Source of the DNA: Escherichia phage JLBYU50
Sequence record: OK272470.1
Strand: one strand, 5' to 3'
DNA length: 64,000 nucleotides
How positions within the stretch are numbered: position 1 is the stretch's first letter; each line of letters starts with the position of its first letter. Both the position numbers and the translations under genes were made by a program. Under the pieces are notes generated by a model. It was given only the letters and a program-made list of their open reading frames with translations. It was not told the origin of the DNA and made no database searches. Of the stretch, positions 1 to 10,412 are shown piece by piece.

Positions 1-1
1 T

Positions 2-505
2 GTTAAAGACTTAGTTAAAGATTTAGGTACTACAGAAGGTAATATTCACGTAGACACAGAGAAAACTTTATCATCTGCAACAGCTATGTGTGGTAACACA
101 TCACATTACTTAGAAAGTATCTGTAAAGGTATTGATCATAATGTGTCAATACAAGATGGATCTGTTTACGTAACACCAAGATCACAAATGTCTAGTGCAA
201 GATGCGCATATATTAGTGCAGAAACAGGTTTAATTGGTAGTCCAGAACCTTTCCACAACGATATTAAACCGACACAAAAAGTAACTAAATCTTCCAAGAA
301 AGCTAAAAAGCCTACAGATGGTGTTAAGTTCAGATGTGAAATGAACGGTGCTATCTTACCAGAAAAAACTGTTTGGCTCAAGAGTCATAACTATGATGGT
401 GGTTTTAAGGTGGTGTCTGTTGTTCATACAGGAGATAGGGAAGGTAAAGACTGGACAACTGAAGTAGAGTCTGTATCTGTATCTGCAATTATTAAGAAGG
501 GATAG
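2..505 (+). CDS. 5'-truncated virion/baseplate-associated protein (ORF open to window start)
   Basis: Reading frame of ORF 86..505 has no stop back to position 2; first gene of co-oriented structural module. Confidence 0.45.
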   Translation, partial: VKDLVKDLGTTEGNIHVDTEKTLSSATAMCGNTSHYLESICKGIDHNVSIQDGSVYVTPRSQMSSARCAYISAETGLIGSPEPFHNDIKPTQKVTKSSKKAKKPTDGVKFRCEMNGAILPEKTVWLKSHNYDGGFKVVSVVHTGDREGKDWTTEVESVSVSAIIKKG

Positions 506-507
506 AA

Positions 508-1245
508 ATGGATGCTTTAAATTTTGTAACAGCAATCCGTGGATTAATCAACGAGCAAGTTGCGGAAGTACATACATCTTTACCTGTAAGGGTAATTGGT
601 GTAGATTATGGATCTAAGACAGTAACTTTAGAATCTATCGTAAAAAATACCAGATCTACTGAAGATGAAATAGATTACCCAACATTCCACGATGTTCCTT
701 TTATGGTAAATGGTGGTGGTACAGGTAGAATTTCATTTCCAATTAAAGCAGGAGATATTGGTGTTGTTGTCTTTTCAGAAAGAGATCCGTCGAATGCTTT
801 CCAGACAGATGGAGATACAGCCAGCAGCGGAACATTAATTCAACCTTGCGGTTTGTATCCAGCCTGTTTTATTCCTAAGATAGCAACAGCTACAGATTCT
901 TCAGAAGAAGTAGATTCTGAAAAAGTTGTTATCTCAAATAATAAGCAAACTTACGCTTCGTTTGATCCTAACGGTAATATATCTGTGTACAACACACAAG
1001 GTATGAAAATAGATATGACACCAAACAGTATCGTTCTTACTGATGCAGGAGGAGGAAAACTTACACTGCAAGGCGGGACTATGACATATAAAGGTGGCAC
1101 TGTAAATTTAAACGGTTTAACAATCACACCTGACGGTCGTATGAAAGATAGTGGTGGCATTGGTTTACACACACATACACACCCTGTACGCGGTGTTGAA
1201 ACTGGTGGTAGCACTGTTACTTCCGACAAACCAAATGGAGGTTAA
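508..1245 (+). CDS. baseplate central spike / puncturing-device candidate
   Basis: Gly-rich beta-rich C-terminal half ending in HTHTHP His cluster, as in iron-loaded spike tips; RBS aaggga upstream; structural neighbourhood. Confidence 0.5.
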   Translation: MDALNFVTAIRGLINEQVAEVHTSLPVRVIGVDYGSKTVTLESIVKNTRSTEDEIDYPTFHDVPFMVNGGGTGRISFPIKAGDIGVVVFSERDPSNAFQTDGDTASSGTLIQPCGLYPACFIPKIATATDSSEEVDSEKVVISNNKQTYASFDPNGNISVYNTQGMKIDMTPNSIVLTDAGGGKLTLQGGTMTYKGGTVNLNGLTITPDGRMKDSGGIGLHTHTHPVRGVETGGSTVTSDKPNGG

Positions 1246-1248
1246 CAG

Positions 1249-1884
1249 ATGGGAATACCATTTGATTTAAAACTTGATGGTTCTAACGATTTAGTAATGG
1301 TAGATGGTGATTTAACACTAACCACAACTAAAAGTGAAATTGCAGCACAGACGCTTGGAATAACACTTAGAACTTTCCGTGGAGAATGGTTCCTCAATTC
1401 TAATTTTGGGGTTCCATATCTGCAAGAGATTATTGGTGTTGCCAAGAAGAAAGAGATTGTTGATCGCATTTTCTTATCAACTATCGCAAGTAATGTTTAT
1501 ATAGATAATATTAATTCCTACACATCCTCTTATGATAGAGATGATAGGTATTACTCAATGAACGTTACTGTTACAGTTGGTGAACAAGTTGTTAGTGCTC
1601 TATTCAGTACACAGCCGTCTGAAGAATATATCTATCCAGAAGCTGGTGACGATAATGCAGCAATCACTTGTGAAGCATTTGAAATTGTTGAATCTGCAAA
1701 TAGACTCTATCGCTTTATTAACATTGTTGGTCTTCCTAAAGATACTTATTCTACTTGGTGGAATGAGTGGTCTAACGAGGCATTGCTTGAAAAATACCTT
1801 GTTAACGAAGCCAATAAAGGTCTTGCAACCAATTACAACTATGCTATAACAGCAACAATGGGAGCTACAAATAATAATGGCTGA
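1249..1884 (+). CDS. baseplate protein (gp25/W-like family candidate)
   Basis: N-terminal pattern DLKLDGSNDLVMVDGDLTL...RGEWFLNSNFGVPY typical of small baseplate wedge proteins; start abuts previous stop. Confidence 0.45.
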   Translation: MGIPFDLKLDGSNDLVMVDGDLTLTTTKSEIAAQTLGITLRTFRGEWFLNSNFGVPYLQEIIGVAKKKEIVDRIFLSTIASNVYIDNINSYTSSYDRDDRYYSMNVTVTVGEQVVSALFSTQPSEEYIYPEAGDDNAAITCEAFEIVESANRLYRFINIVGLPKDTYSTWWNEWSNEALLEKYLVNEANKGLATNYNYAITATMGATNNNG

Positions 1885-2350
1885 TTTAACTACAATCAAG
1901 GTGTCTGATCTACCTGTAACAACATCTGTTTCAGACACAGATTATTTTGTAACAGATCAATCAGGCATCACTAAGAAAACATCATTACGTGTTCTTCTTG
2001 CGGGTGCTGGTGTTACACGAAATCGTCTTTCTGCAAGGGGTACTGTTACAAATACCCTAGCTTTAGATATTAGCACGGCAGAGTATTTCTCTGCCACTTT
2101 ATCTAGTCCAACTTGCAGTATTTCATTTAGTAATGTTCCAGTTACAACTAACATTGTTCAAAACTTTACACTATCCCTACGTCAAGGCAGTGGAGCAAAT
2201 AAAGTAACGTGGCCTCAATCTGTTAAATGGAGTTTTGGTCGCGCTCCTGTTTTGAGTTATAAACAGGGAGCTACAGATATTTTTGAATTTGTTAGTTATG
2301 ATAATGGAGCTACCTGGATAGGTAGTTTAGTGATGGCAGGAGTGATTTAA
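1877..2350 (+). CDS. structural protein, unknown
   Basis: ATGA-type overlap with flanking genes, co-oriented in structural module. Confidence 0.5.
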   Translation: MADLTTIKVSDLPVTTSVSDTDYFVTDQSGITKKTSLRVLLAGAGVTRNRLSARGTVTNTLALDISTAEYFSATLSSPTCSISFSNVPVTTNIVQNFTLSLRQGSGANKVTWPQSVKWSFGRAPVLSYKQGATDIFEFVSYDNGATWIGSLVMAGVI

Positions 2351-5226
2351 TGTCAAGAATTAAGCACAGAATTGACAATGTTTTTCAACTGATCGATGGA
2401 CATATTCAGTTCTTAGATCGTAATACAGGTTTAACTGTAGATCCTACAGTGCAACACTATGTATTAAACCCACAAAACGTTCTAGCTAATAACAGACACT
2501 TTATAAACTGGACTGCTCAAGAAGGGCAACCAAACGGGGATGCTACAACAGAAGGTCAATCCGTGCTTATTCTTGGTTGCGCTTATGCATACCTGGCTTC
2601 CGGCGATACAAAGTATTTAGACTCTGCTAAAAAATATTGGCAAGCCTATATAGATTACTTCTTTGGTGGTCAACCTATCCCAGATCCGCCAGCAAAGTAT
2701 CGCCCTAACTGGATTATTAACGGTAAAGAACCACGTCTTGCACATTATCCTCTTACAGATGATGGCTACCCTACACACGGAGGTTTTAAGGGTAGCTTAA
2801 TGACGTGGACTAACGGTAGAACAGTTATTCCTCATGGTGCTCCACATTGGGGAGAATACCTTGACAAAGCATGGTTTGCTTTTAATGGTAATCTAGGATG
2901 GAACTCTGTAAACGCTACAGTATATGCTGTTAATGCAGATGGTACAACAGATTGGTCTAAGAAGGGAGATCAATGGGATGTTGATTGGATCATTGATCGT
3001 CTAGGACGTAAAGTTGATTGGGATGGAAATATCTTAGAAGAAGGTTTTCCAACATCTCAATACGGAACAGTTCAACTAAAAAATACTTCTGTAAATGGTA
3101 CATATAAATTTAACTACGCGACTTGTAACCCTGTTGAACACGGTGGTTATTTAATGGAGCGTAACACTATGTGGCATAACAGACCAGTTAACGTTCCGGT
3201 AGAAATGGGCTTTCAGGATAATGCGTCAGATGCCGAAACTTGGTGGTGTGATGCTAATTACCTGATGTACCAAATTACAGGGGAAAGAAAATATTGGCTA
3301 TGCTGGCAGTCTTCACTGTTAGTGTGTCAAGATTATTCAAACATTGATATGTTTGATAAATTCTTCCGTAAGTCTACATATGCAACTATTCCGTTTACAG
3401 ATGGCATCTCTTACGATTATTCGTATCCATCTACAGCAATACCTAAATATTCAAGAGATACTTTAGGTTATATTGTTATTAGACAAGATGTTGCTGCTCA
3501 AACAACATTAGAACAGCAAGCCATTTGGTTTAAAGTTGATCAGAACTCTAAGTTACGAGTCCAGTTTCAAGGTGTAGATGACGCAGGACAGGGTATTCTT
3601 TTCCGTCCAGAGTTGGAATTAAGTAAGACCAAAGATGAAAATAACACAGTAACTTACCGCTGTGGCTTACCACTAGGTACAGCTAATATGACAAGCATGG
3701 ATATTCCACTATCCAGCTTTATGAGAAGTACCCCTCCTAGTGGTGGAACATATATTATCGCAGATCCGCGAATTATTGTTGACTGGGGTGACAATACTGT
3801 GGTACAATATAAGTATGTAACAGGTATTGCTGGAACTAATAATGACCAGATTGTTACTGCATCAATGGATACGGATGGTGGTATCACTGTTGGTTTTTGG
3901 TTAACTCCTACATCAAAAGCTAATGTTAAGTCTATTACATATAGAACATATGAAGATGACTTTAACATGACTATCACGGATGCTCAAGGTTGGAGATGGT
4001 GGGTTATGCTTCCTAAAACACAAGGAGCATGGAGTACGAAGACTTTATCAGCTTCTGATTTTAAGTTAAGTGCTTACCAGCCTAATCATCCAGATACAGA
4101 TCCTAAACCTTCAGCAATAAATCTTACTGCGGTAGATCAGGTAAATTTAGTTCTTGATACGGCTCCTGTAAATGGTTTAACAGGAACAATAGATTTCTAT
4201 TGTATTAACGATGTACCTGAAAGATATTCGTCATCTTCTGGTGATGATTATACCATGTACTTCCGTATTACTGTACAGGCTTCAAGTCCTCATACTGCTA
4301 AATTAGGTGATTGTACTATTATTGACTATAAATTAAATAGTCTTAATTACACACCAGGAATAATTCCATTCTCTAATATCAGTGACCCAAACACTGCATT
4401 ATACGATGGATGGCGTGGTATTCCATACCCAGGATACCAGTATCCTTCCTTATACTGTTTCGCAGGTAGGGATATTGATTGGACACGTTTAAACAACAGT
4501 ATTGATTTCTTGTATGATGCTCAAATGTGGTTTTATAACACGTTTGATCCTGTGATGCCTGGGCCTATGGCACAAGCATATGTGTGGGATCGTTGGGATG
4601 CAAGAAAATACGGTGAACCTAATACGTTTACAATGAAACACTGGAATGAAAAAGCGTGGGATGGTTATGAAGCTCGTGCATTCTACTGTGCTTGTCATGC
4701 TGTATACGAACTTGTACAAAGAGGAGAAACACCTCCTGAAAAACTAGTAACTGTTTGTAAAAATTGGATCAACTACCTTAAATGGTTCCAAGACAATAAT
4801 GATGGAAGAACACCAACTATCTTTAACCCAGATGGTACAGTTCTTGCTCCTATAGATGACTTTACTAGTCATATGTCTGCACTGTTTATGGCGGGTTGTT
4901 CAATCATGGGCTTGGCAGGTTATGATTCACAAATTCCAAACATTGGTATTGTAGCAGACAGATGTTTTGATCTGATTCAGCAAAACTATATTGTGCTTTC
5001 CCCTAACCATCCGATGAATGGTTCCTGGAGTGTTGCACCACGCCCAGATTCAGATAACGGAATGTTCTTTGGTTTCCATGCTGGAGAACTATTACGTGGT
5101 TTTGGTTTATATGCCTTGTATCGTAAACTAAACCCTCAAAACGCTTTACCAATTTTGGATAATAGTAACATACCAACACTAACTGTTCTAACTATGAATG
5201 ATATTAGTGTTGATGTAACCAAATAA
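2350..5226 (+). CDS. large virion protein, putative tail fibre/baseplate-associated carbohydrate-active protein
   Basis: 958-aa ORF, Trp/Tyr/Asp-rich, translationally coupled to neighbours. Confidence 0.55.
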   Translation: MSRIKHRIDNVFQLIDGHIQFLDRNTGLTVDPTVQHYVLNPQNVLANNRHFINWTAQEGQPNGDATTEGQSVLILGCAYAYLASGDTKYLDSAKKYWQAYIDYFFGGQPIPDPPAKYRPNWIINGKEPRLAHYPLTDDGYPTHGGFKGSLMTWTNGRTVIPHGAPHWGEYLDKAWFAFNGNLGWNSVNATVYAVNADGTTDWSKKGDQWDVDWIIDRLGRKVDWDGNILEEGFPTSQYGTVQLKNTSVNGTYKFNYATCNPVEHGGYLMERNTMWHNRPVNVPVEMGFQDNASDAETWWCDANYLMYQITGERKYWLCWQSSLLVCQDYSNIDMFDKFFRKSTYATIPFTDGISYDYSYPSTAIPKYSRDTLGYIVIRQDVAAQTTLEQQAIWFKVDQNSKLRVQFQGVDDAGQGILFRPELELSKTKDENNTVTYRCGLPLGTANMTSMDIPLSSFMRSTPPSGGTYIIADPRIIVDWGDNTVVQYKYVTGIAGTNNDQIVTASMDTDGGITVGFWLTPTSKANVKSITYRTYEDDFNMTITDAQGWRWWVMLPKTQGAWSTKTLSASDFKLSAYQPNHPDTDPKPSAINLTAVDQVNLVLDTAPVNGLTGTIDFYCINDVPERYSSSSGDDYTMYFRITVQASSPHTAKLGDCTIIDYKLNSLNYTPGIIPFSNISDPNTALYDGWRGIPYPGYQYPSLYCFAGRDIDWTRLNNSIDFLYDAQMWFYNTFDPVMPGPMAQAYVWDRWDARKYGEPNTFTMKHWNEKAWDGYEARAFYCACHAVYELVQRGETPPEKLVTVCKNWINYLKWFQDNNDGRTPTIFNPDGTVLAPIDDFTSHMSALFMAGCSIMGLAGYDSQIPNIGIVADRCFDLIQQNYIVLSPNHPMNGSWSVAPRPDSDNGMFFGFHAGELLRGFGLYALYRKLNPQNALPILDNSNIPTLTVLTMNDISVDVTK

Positions 5227-5234
5227 GGAAAATA

Positions 5235-7394
5235 ATGAAACAGGCTATTTTTACTGTAACTCGAAATACGAGAGTAAATGCCAGTTCATTCAGCTATAAG
5301 ACCGTCGATGGAACGGCGGTCGCTGGTAGAGATTATGTAGCTAAACAGGGAACAGTAACGTTCCCTTCTGATGCAGATTCTGCTACTGTAGTGGTTGATG
5401 TATATGAACGTCCGGCAAACTCTTTAGATCTTTATTTTACTCTTGAGATTACTAGCATAAGTCAAAATAACATGATGATCAACGAAGAAATTCGTTGTGT
5501 TATTACGACTGATCAATCGAATACAACCCCACTAACTTGGCCTGTTGTGAAGTCTAGAATGTTTGATCCTAAGTTTTGGACAATAGATTCTCAAGCAACA
5601 GAGAGCTGTTCTATTATCTCTAATGGTGATTCTTTCACAGCAAGAATGGTTAATAGGACAGTGGCTGGTCTTGCTGGGATTATTTGGTCAACTTACGATA
5701 AATATGATCACAAAGGATTAGGCTACCAAGAACATTCTGACTTAAGTAAAGAGAAACTTTGGTTTAAAATGGAACTTAGTCAAGGTGTTCCTGGATTAAA
5801 AGAAGAAAAATTATTGCCATCCTTAACAGTGACACTGAAGGATGAAACAGTTCATTATGTATCTCTAAACTTTTATGCAGAAGAAGTTTCAGAGGACGGT
5901 AAAACAGCAACAATAAAATTAGATTTCTCAAATTTAAAATCTGGGCCAGAAAATGATATTGTTGTTGACACTACACAGATAGATAATATGTTCTTCTCCT
6001 TGATCTCCACAAGGTATCAAGAAATTGAAGATGTTATACCTGTAGACAATATGGATCTTTCCTTTAAGTTTACCATACTAGAGCCTGATACTGGTTACAG
6101 TATGATGAATATGGGTAATTTAAATGTTCCGGCGCACACCATAAGAATGTGTACATCTTATGATGATATGTATAACCTAACCCCAGAGCGAGTTATTTCT
6201 AACACCTATAGATTAGGTTATAGAGATATGATTAACCATTATAATGGTATGTCACACTATTATCAATTTAGTTGGGATGCTGGATCTAATAAATGGGCTT
6301 TGAACAGAACAGAATATTTAAACCCAGCAACAGAAGCCTGGTTTGACAATTTCCACGCTAATGCAAAAGCTATGGGCTACACAGTAATGAACTCCTTAAG
6401 TTTTGAACTTATGAGTACAGTGTGTCCTGTAGAATGGGTACAACATGCTTGGAATGATGATCTTGCTGCTACAGGTTATGAGCCACCAAGTTATGTTTTA
6501 TCTCCTTCAATTGATGAAGGGATGAATTATTTACAAGGTGTAATAAATAAGATAGCTTCTATATCCGCTGCCAATGATCTTCCTGTTATTATTCAGGTTG
6601 GTGAACCGTGGTGGTGGTATAACACAGCTACCAATCTACCGTGTATTTATGATTATACAACCAAAGTTGCATTTAATAATGAAACTGGATTATATGCACA
6701 AGATGTTGGTACAGTTAAGAATTATAAAACTGGTACACCATATGATGAATATTATGCATTCCTATCTAAAACATTAGGACTACGTGTTGCTAAGTTTGCA
6801 ACGGATACTAGATTAGCATATCCTGGAGCGAAAGTTACATTGTTACCATTTGTGCCATCCATTTTGGGTAATGGTATGATGGAGTTTGTTAACTTCCCTA
6901 AAGATTATTATATCCCAGAAAACTTTGACTTTTATTGTTCAGAATGTTATGACTGGTTGTTGGAAGGCAAGATGGAAAGATCTTTCGACGCTATCACAAT
7001 ACCTAATGAGCAACTAGGTTTTAGTTACGATAAGATACATTATCTTGCAGGGTTTGTTCCAGATGCAACTCTAGCACCATTATATGGCTTTGATCCTGAA
7101 TCAAACTATAGAACATATTTGTGGAAAATGATTATAGGCAATATTGTATTGAATGACCAGAAGTTTGTTGGTTTATATCAATACATATGGGCTTACCCAC
7201 AAATAATGCATGATTCAATAACTGTTCTTAATTCAAAATCCCAAGTGTTTTATATGGGTAATGTGCCTTTGAATTGCTACTTGCAAGATATCACTCTTAA
7301 ACAGGTAAATGTTGAGATTGCCACTATAAGTGGAATTACATTAGCCACTAAATCTGGAGAAGATTTAGTAACAACACAAAAATTTTATATATAG
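5235..7394 (+). CDS. virion protein with N-terminal Calx-beta-like domain
   Basis: Motif TVDGTAVAGRDYVAKQGTVTFPSDADSATV resembles Calx-beta; 719 aa. Confidence 0.5.
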   Translation: MKQAIFTVTRNTRVNASSFSYKTVDGTAVAGRDYVAKQGTVTFPSDADSATVVVDVYERPANSLDLYFTLEITSISQNNMMINEEIRCVITTDQSNTTPLTWPVVKSRMFDPKFWTIDSQATESCSIISNGDSFTARMVNRTVAGLAGIIWSTYDKYDHKGLGYQEHSDLSKEKLWFKMELSQGVPGLKEEKLLPSLTVTLKDETVHYVSLNFYAEEVSEDGKTATIKLDFSNLKSGPENDIVVDTTQIDNMFFSLISTRYQEIEDVIPVDNMDLSFKFTILEPDTGYSMMNMGNLNVPAHTIRMCTSYDDMYNLTPERVISNTYRLGYRDMINHYNGMSHYYQFSWDAGSNKWALNRTEYLNPATEAWFDNFHANAKAMGYTVMNSLSFELMSTVCPVEWVQHAWNDDLAATGYEPPSYVLSPSIDEGMNYLQGVINKIASISAANDLPVIIQVGEPWWWYNTATNLPCIYDYTTKVAFNNETGLYAQDVGTVKNYKTGTPYDEYYAFLSKTLGLRVAKFATDTRLAYPGAKVTLLPFVPSILGNGMMEFVNFPKDYYIPENFDFYCSECYDWLLEGKMERSFDAITIPNEQLGFSYDKIHYLAGFVPDATLAPLYGFDPESNYRTYLWKMIIGNIVLNDQKFVGLYQYIWAYPQIMHDSITVLNSKSQVFYMGNVPLNCYLQDITLKQVNVEIATISGITLATKSGEDLVTTQKFYI

Positions 7395-7402
7395 GAGTAA
7401 AA

Positions 7403-9976
7403 ATGTCAACTACAATTACTAATTTACCCGAAACATCAAAAGTTAATGGTTCTGATTACCTGGTTTTAGACCAACCTGATAAGACTGTTAAAAGCACAGT
7501 TTCCAACTTTCTTGCTGACACTGGGGTGGTTTTAGCCACCCAGTTGAAAGATACAGATGGAGCAGATTTAATACAATCCTCAAATGGTAATACTGTTCAG
7601 GAAGAGTTGAATAACAATCTTCTTAATGATCGTGAACAGTGGCATCGTAGTCTTGCTGAGGCAGGGTTAACCCTTGTCAACGGTAGCTTTGAAGAAGGGG
7701 CTACAGTAAACAATAAGACGGATGCTGTTTGGCATATTGCTGGTGGGCAGTGCTATACGTGGGGTGGTGAATTTCCTAAAACAGTAGCTGCTGGTTCAAC
7801 TCCAGAAACATCTGGTGGCATTGGTCTTGGTGCATGGGTTAGTGTTGTGGATATGTCATTAAGGGATAATCTTTCAAACTCCAGTAATGATAATTACGGT
7901 GATGCGCTGGTAGCAGTTAAGCAGCCGTATACTACCGCAATAAGTAGAACGCAGCATGATAAAAATGCTGATGTACTTGATATTTCGGATTTTGGTGTAG
8001 ACATAACTGGTGCTTCTGATGAGGGTAGTAAGTTACAACAGATATTTAATGAGTTGGCCGCAGCAGGCAAGACTATTCGTATGCGCGGTTCTGTAAAGAC
8101 TACTATTAACCTAGATATAAGGTGTAACGTGCTGTTTGAGCAGGGTTTCAAACTAACTGGCGTGAAACTAGAAACTGGACCTCAGACTTACATTAATATT
8201 TTTAATCGTAATGTAGATGTAAGCCATATTATCCTAGATGGTATTGTTATGTGTTTCTACCCCGTAAGTTCCACTACTACTGTTAGAAACAAAAGATGTA
8301 TTACGTTTACATCCAACACGTTAGAAGATTCATGTGTTCAGGTGGGCGGTAATAACCTATCTGTACGTAACGTGTTAATTTCTAACAATACTTTTAAGAA
8401 CTCTGGGTCACGTATTCCAACAGCAATTCGCCTAACTAATGTCTCAAATATTGAGGTGAGTTTTAACCTTATCCATGAGTATGGTAGACCTATTTACCAA
8501 ACAGCAACCCGCTCTTTCTCCAACTACAATGTCAATATACACCACAATAATATGGTTTGTGAGTATGGTATAACTCTTGCGGGTACTACTGCTTTTAGGG
8601 TTAGTAAGTTCACAATTGCTGACAATGACATTGTTTGCGAGGTAAGAAATACAGCAACAGGTGGTCGGGATGGTATTGATGTAGTTTATGGTACTAGTGG
8701 TTTGATTACTAACAATAACATAAGGACAAACGGAAGAAGCCTTAGACTGTCTAATACTAAGGTAGATGTACTGTTTAACGATATGATATCCAGCGCAACC
8801 AGTGCATTCTCAGTATTAATGGCGAGTTGTTATGAGTCATCATTTGTTGGTAACACTGTTTTCAATAACTCAACTGCTGAAATTATTGTTGTACATGTGC
8901 AGGATGAAGCTGGTGGGCTTTACCGGAGTAATAACATTCGTGTGGAATCTAATACAATCAAGGGATTTGGTAGGCTGATTCGGGTATTAGATACAAAGGA
9001 TTATGTTGTCATCAATAACAGATTAATCAGAACATCAAACAATGGTAATGCAGTTATTATTGCGGATGGGACTAGTGACAGAGGCCAGGTGCATAGCAAT
9101 GTGGTAGTTGGTCCTGCTGGAGTGGTAGTATCTGATATAGGCGGAACCAACAATGCAACAACCCCTGCTGATACACTGCTGAGTGTTGCAGCTAACAGCA
9201 AGACCATAACAGCCGTGGCGAATGGATTAGTTGATCCAGACTTGAATAATTCGAAGGCATTCATCTTCAATGTTCAGGTGTCTGATGTTCAACTATTACG
9301 TGCGGTATCTTCTACAGGCTCAGGAAATGCTAAAACCGTATCTCAGTTCATGTCGGGTATAACTGGGGCAACTCTGGCATGGAATGGTACTGCCTTCCTA
9401 TCAGAGATGTCTGGACCACCAGATATATTTGTGAATGGTGTACTTCAAGATTCCTATGGTGCAGAAGACTATGTGTTCTACAGATCAGGGATGCTTATTG
9501 ATTCCCAGAATAAACTCAGTGTTAGAGACTTCCAGTGTATTGGGGATGGGGATACCATAAACGATGGGACTGGTAATATGACCCTTCGTAATATGGCAGC
9601 AGCACAATCGGCTGAGGGCGCTATTCACAGTGCTTTCTTCCGTGCTCCTCTTGTTATGAATGGCTCAGTGTATGACCCTACAGTAACAGGTATTGCATCT
9701 TCAGATTTGTTTAGCACAGCTCTAGATCCAAGAATGGCTATAGGACAAAAAGCTGATGGAACCTACGTTATTATTTGTGTTAATGGCAGAAACGCAGATG
9801 GGGTAAGTCCAGGCTGCACTATGCAGCAGCTAGCTTCTAAGTTTGTAGCCCTTGGTTGTATCAACGCAATGAATTTGGATGGCGGCGGTTCAGCTACTCT
9901 TTGGTATAACGGTGCTATCATTAATGACCCGGCGGATGGAAGTGAACGCCCTGTTTACCATTGTATGTATGTGTAA
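7403..9976 (+). CDS. tailspike: N-terminal anchor, right-handed beta-helix, C-terminal phosphodiester glycosidase (NAGPA)-like domain
   Basis: N-terminus MSTTITNLPETSKVNGSDYLVLDQ typical of tail fibre anchors; Asn/Gly/Thr-rich beta-helix repeats; C-terminal NAMNLDGGGSATLWYNG motif. Confidence 0.6.
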   Translation: MSTTITNLPETSKVNGSDYLVLDQPDKTVKSTVSNFLADTGVVLATQLKDTDGADLIQSSNGNTVQEELNNNLLNDREQWHRSLAEAGLTLVNGSFEEGATVNNKTDAVWHIAGGQCYTWGGEFPKTVAAGSTPETSGGIGLGAWVSVVDMSLRDNLSNSSNDNYGDALVAVKQPYTTAISRTQHDKNADVLDISDFGVDITGASDEGSKLQQIFNELAAAGKTIRMRGSVKTTINLDIRCNVLFEQGFKLTGVKLETGPQTYINIFNRNVDVSHIILDGIVMCFYPVSSTTTVRNKRCITFTSNTLEDSCVQVGGNNLSVRNVLISNNTFKNSGSRIPTAIRLTNVSNIEVSFNLIHEYGRPIYQTATRSFSNYNVNIHHNNMVCEYGITLAGTTAFRVSKFTIADNDIVCEVRNTATGGRDGIDVVYGTSGLITNNNIRTNGRSLRLSNTKVDVLFNDMISSATSAFSVLMASCYESSFVGNTVFNNSTAEIIVVHVQDEAGGLYRSNNIRVESNTIKGFGRLIRVLDTKDYVVINNRLIRTSNNGNAVIIADGTSDRGQVHSNVVVGPAGVVVSDIGGTNNATTPADTLLSVAANSKTITAVANGLVDPDLNNSKAFIFNVQVSDVQLLRAVSSTGSGNAKTVSQFMSGITGATLAWNGTAFLSEMSGPPDIFVNGVLQDSYGAEDYVFYRSGMLIDSQNKLSVRDFQCIGDGDTINDGTGNMTLRNMAAAQSAEGAIHSAFFRAPLVMNGSVYDPTVTGIASSDLFSTALDPRMAIGQKADGTYVIICVNGRNADGVSPGCTMQQLASKFVALGCINAMNLDGGGSATLWYNGAIINDPADGSERPVYHCMYV

Positions 9977-10016
9977 TTATCTGGTGGGACTATGCTAATG
10001 GCGTAGATTTCATAGC

Positions 10017-10048
10017 AAAAAAAAACCCCGCTTCGGCGGGGTAATCAT
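10017..10048. terminator. stem-loop ccccgc-ttcg-gcgggg flanked by A9 run
   Basis: Perfect GC hairpin after tailspike gene; T-tract would be on the opposite strand, so orientation is ambiguous. Confidence 0.45.
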
Positions 10049-10166
10049 TGAGAATAACAATAGGAGTACATATGGAATCTCAACTCAGTCAACCTAAGCA
10101 GGTTATCAACGTCAAAGTGAACAAGCAGAGTATCGCTCATGATTTAAAAAGTAATGAGAACGCACT

Positions 10167-10412
10167 ATGAGAAAATTTTTAATAGGTATGTTCTGTACAT
10201 ATCCTGATAATAAAGTCAGTTCTACTAAAGTTTGGAATGCTATTGGTATGATTGTTATGTCCAGTATGTTTATTTATTTGGGAATTGATAAAGAAATTCC
10301 TGAATGGATGGGCTGGGCTTTTGTTTTTATGATCACACCATCCAGACTAATGAAGAATTTAATAGATTTACGTTGGGGCAGATCACCTGCTCCTGATAAG
10401 GAGGATAACTAA
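10167..10412 (+). CDS. small membrane protein
   Basis: 81 aa with hydrophobic segments; stop overlaps start of baseplate J-like gene. Confidence 0.45.
   Translation: MRKFLIGMFCTYPDNKVSSTKVWNAIGMIVMSSMFIYLGIDKEIPEWMGWAFVFMITPSRLMKNLIDLRWGRSPAPDKEDN

Noticed and set aside
166-381. Numerous track ORFs on the opposite strand inside long genes (e.g. 166..381, 951..1229, 3654..3977, 7894..8151, 9001..9270, 15451..15690, 19652..19972, 25473..25730, 28287..28538, 49578..49928)
   Set aside because: Fully embedded in longer, motif-supported ORFs on the other strand, lack RBS, low-complexity translations; treated as shadow ORFs
10071-10166. Possible small ORF between terminator and the 81-aa membrane protein gene
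   Set aside because: On careful codon reading the frame after ATG at 10071 stops after 8 codons
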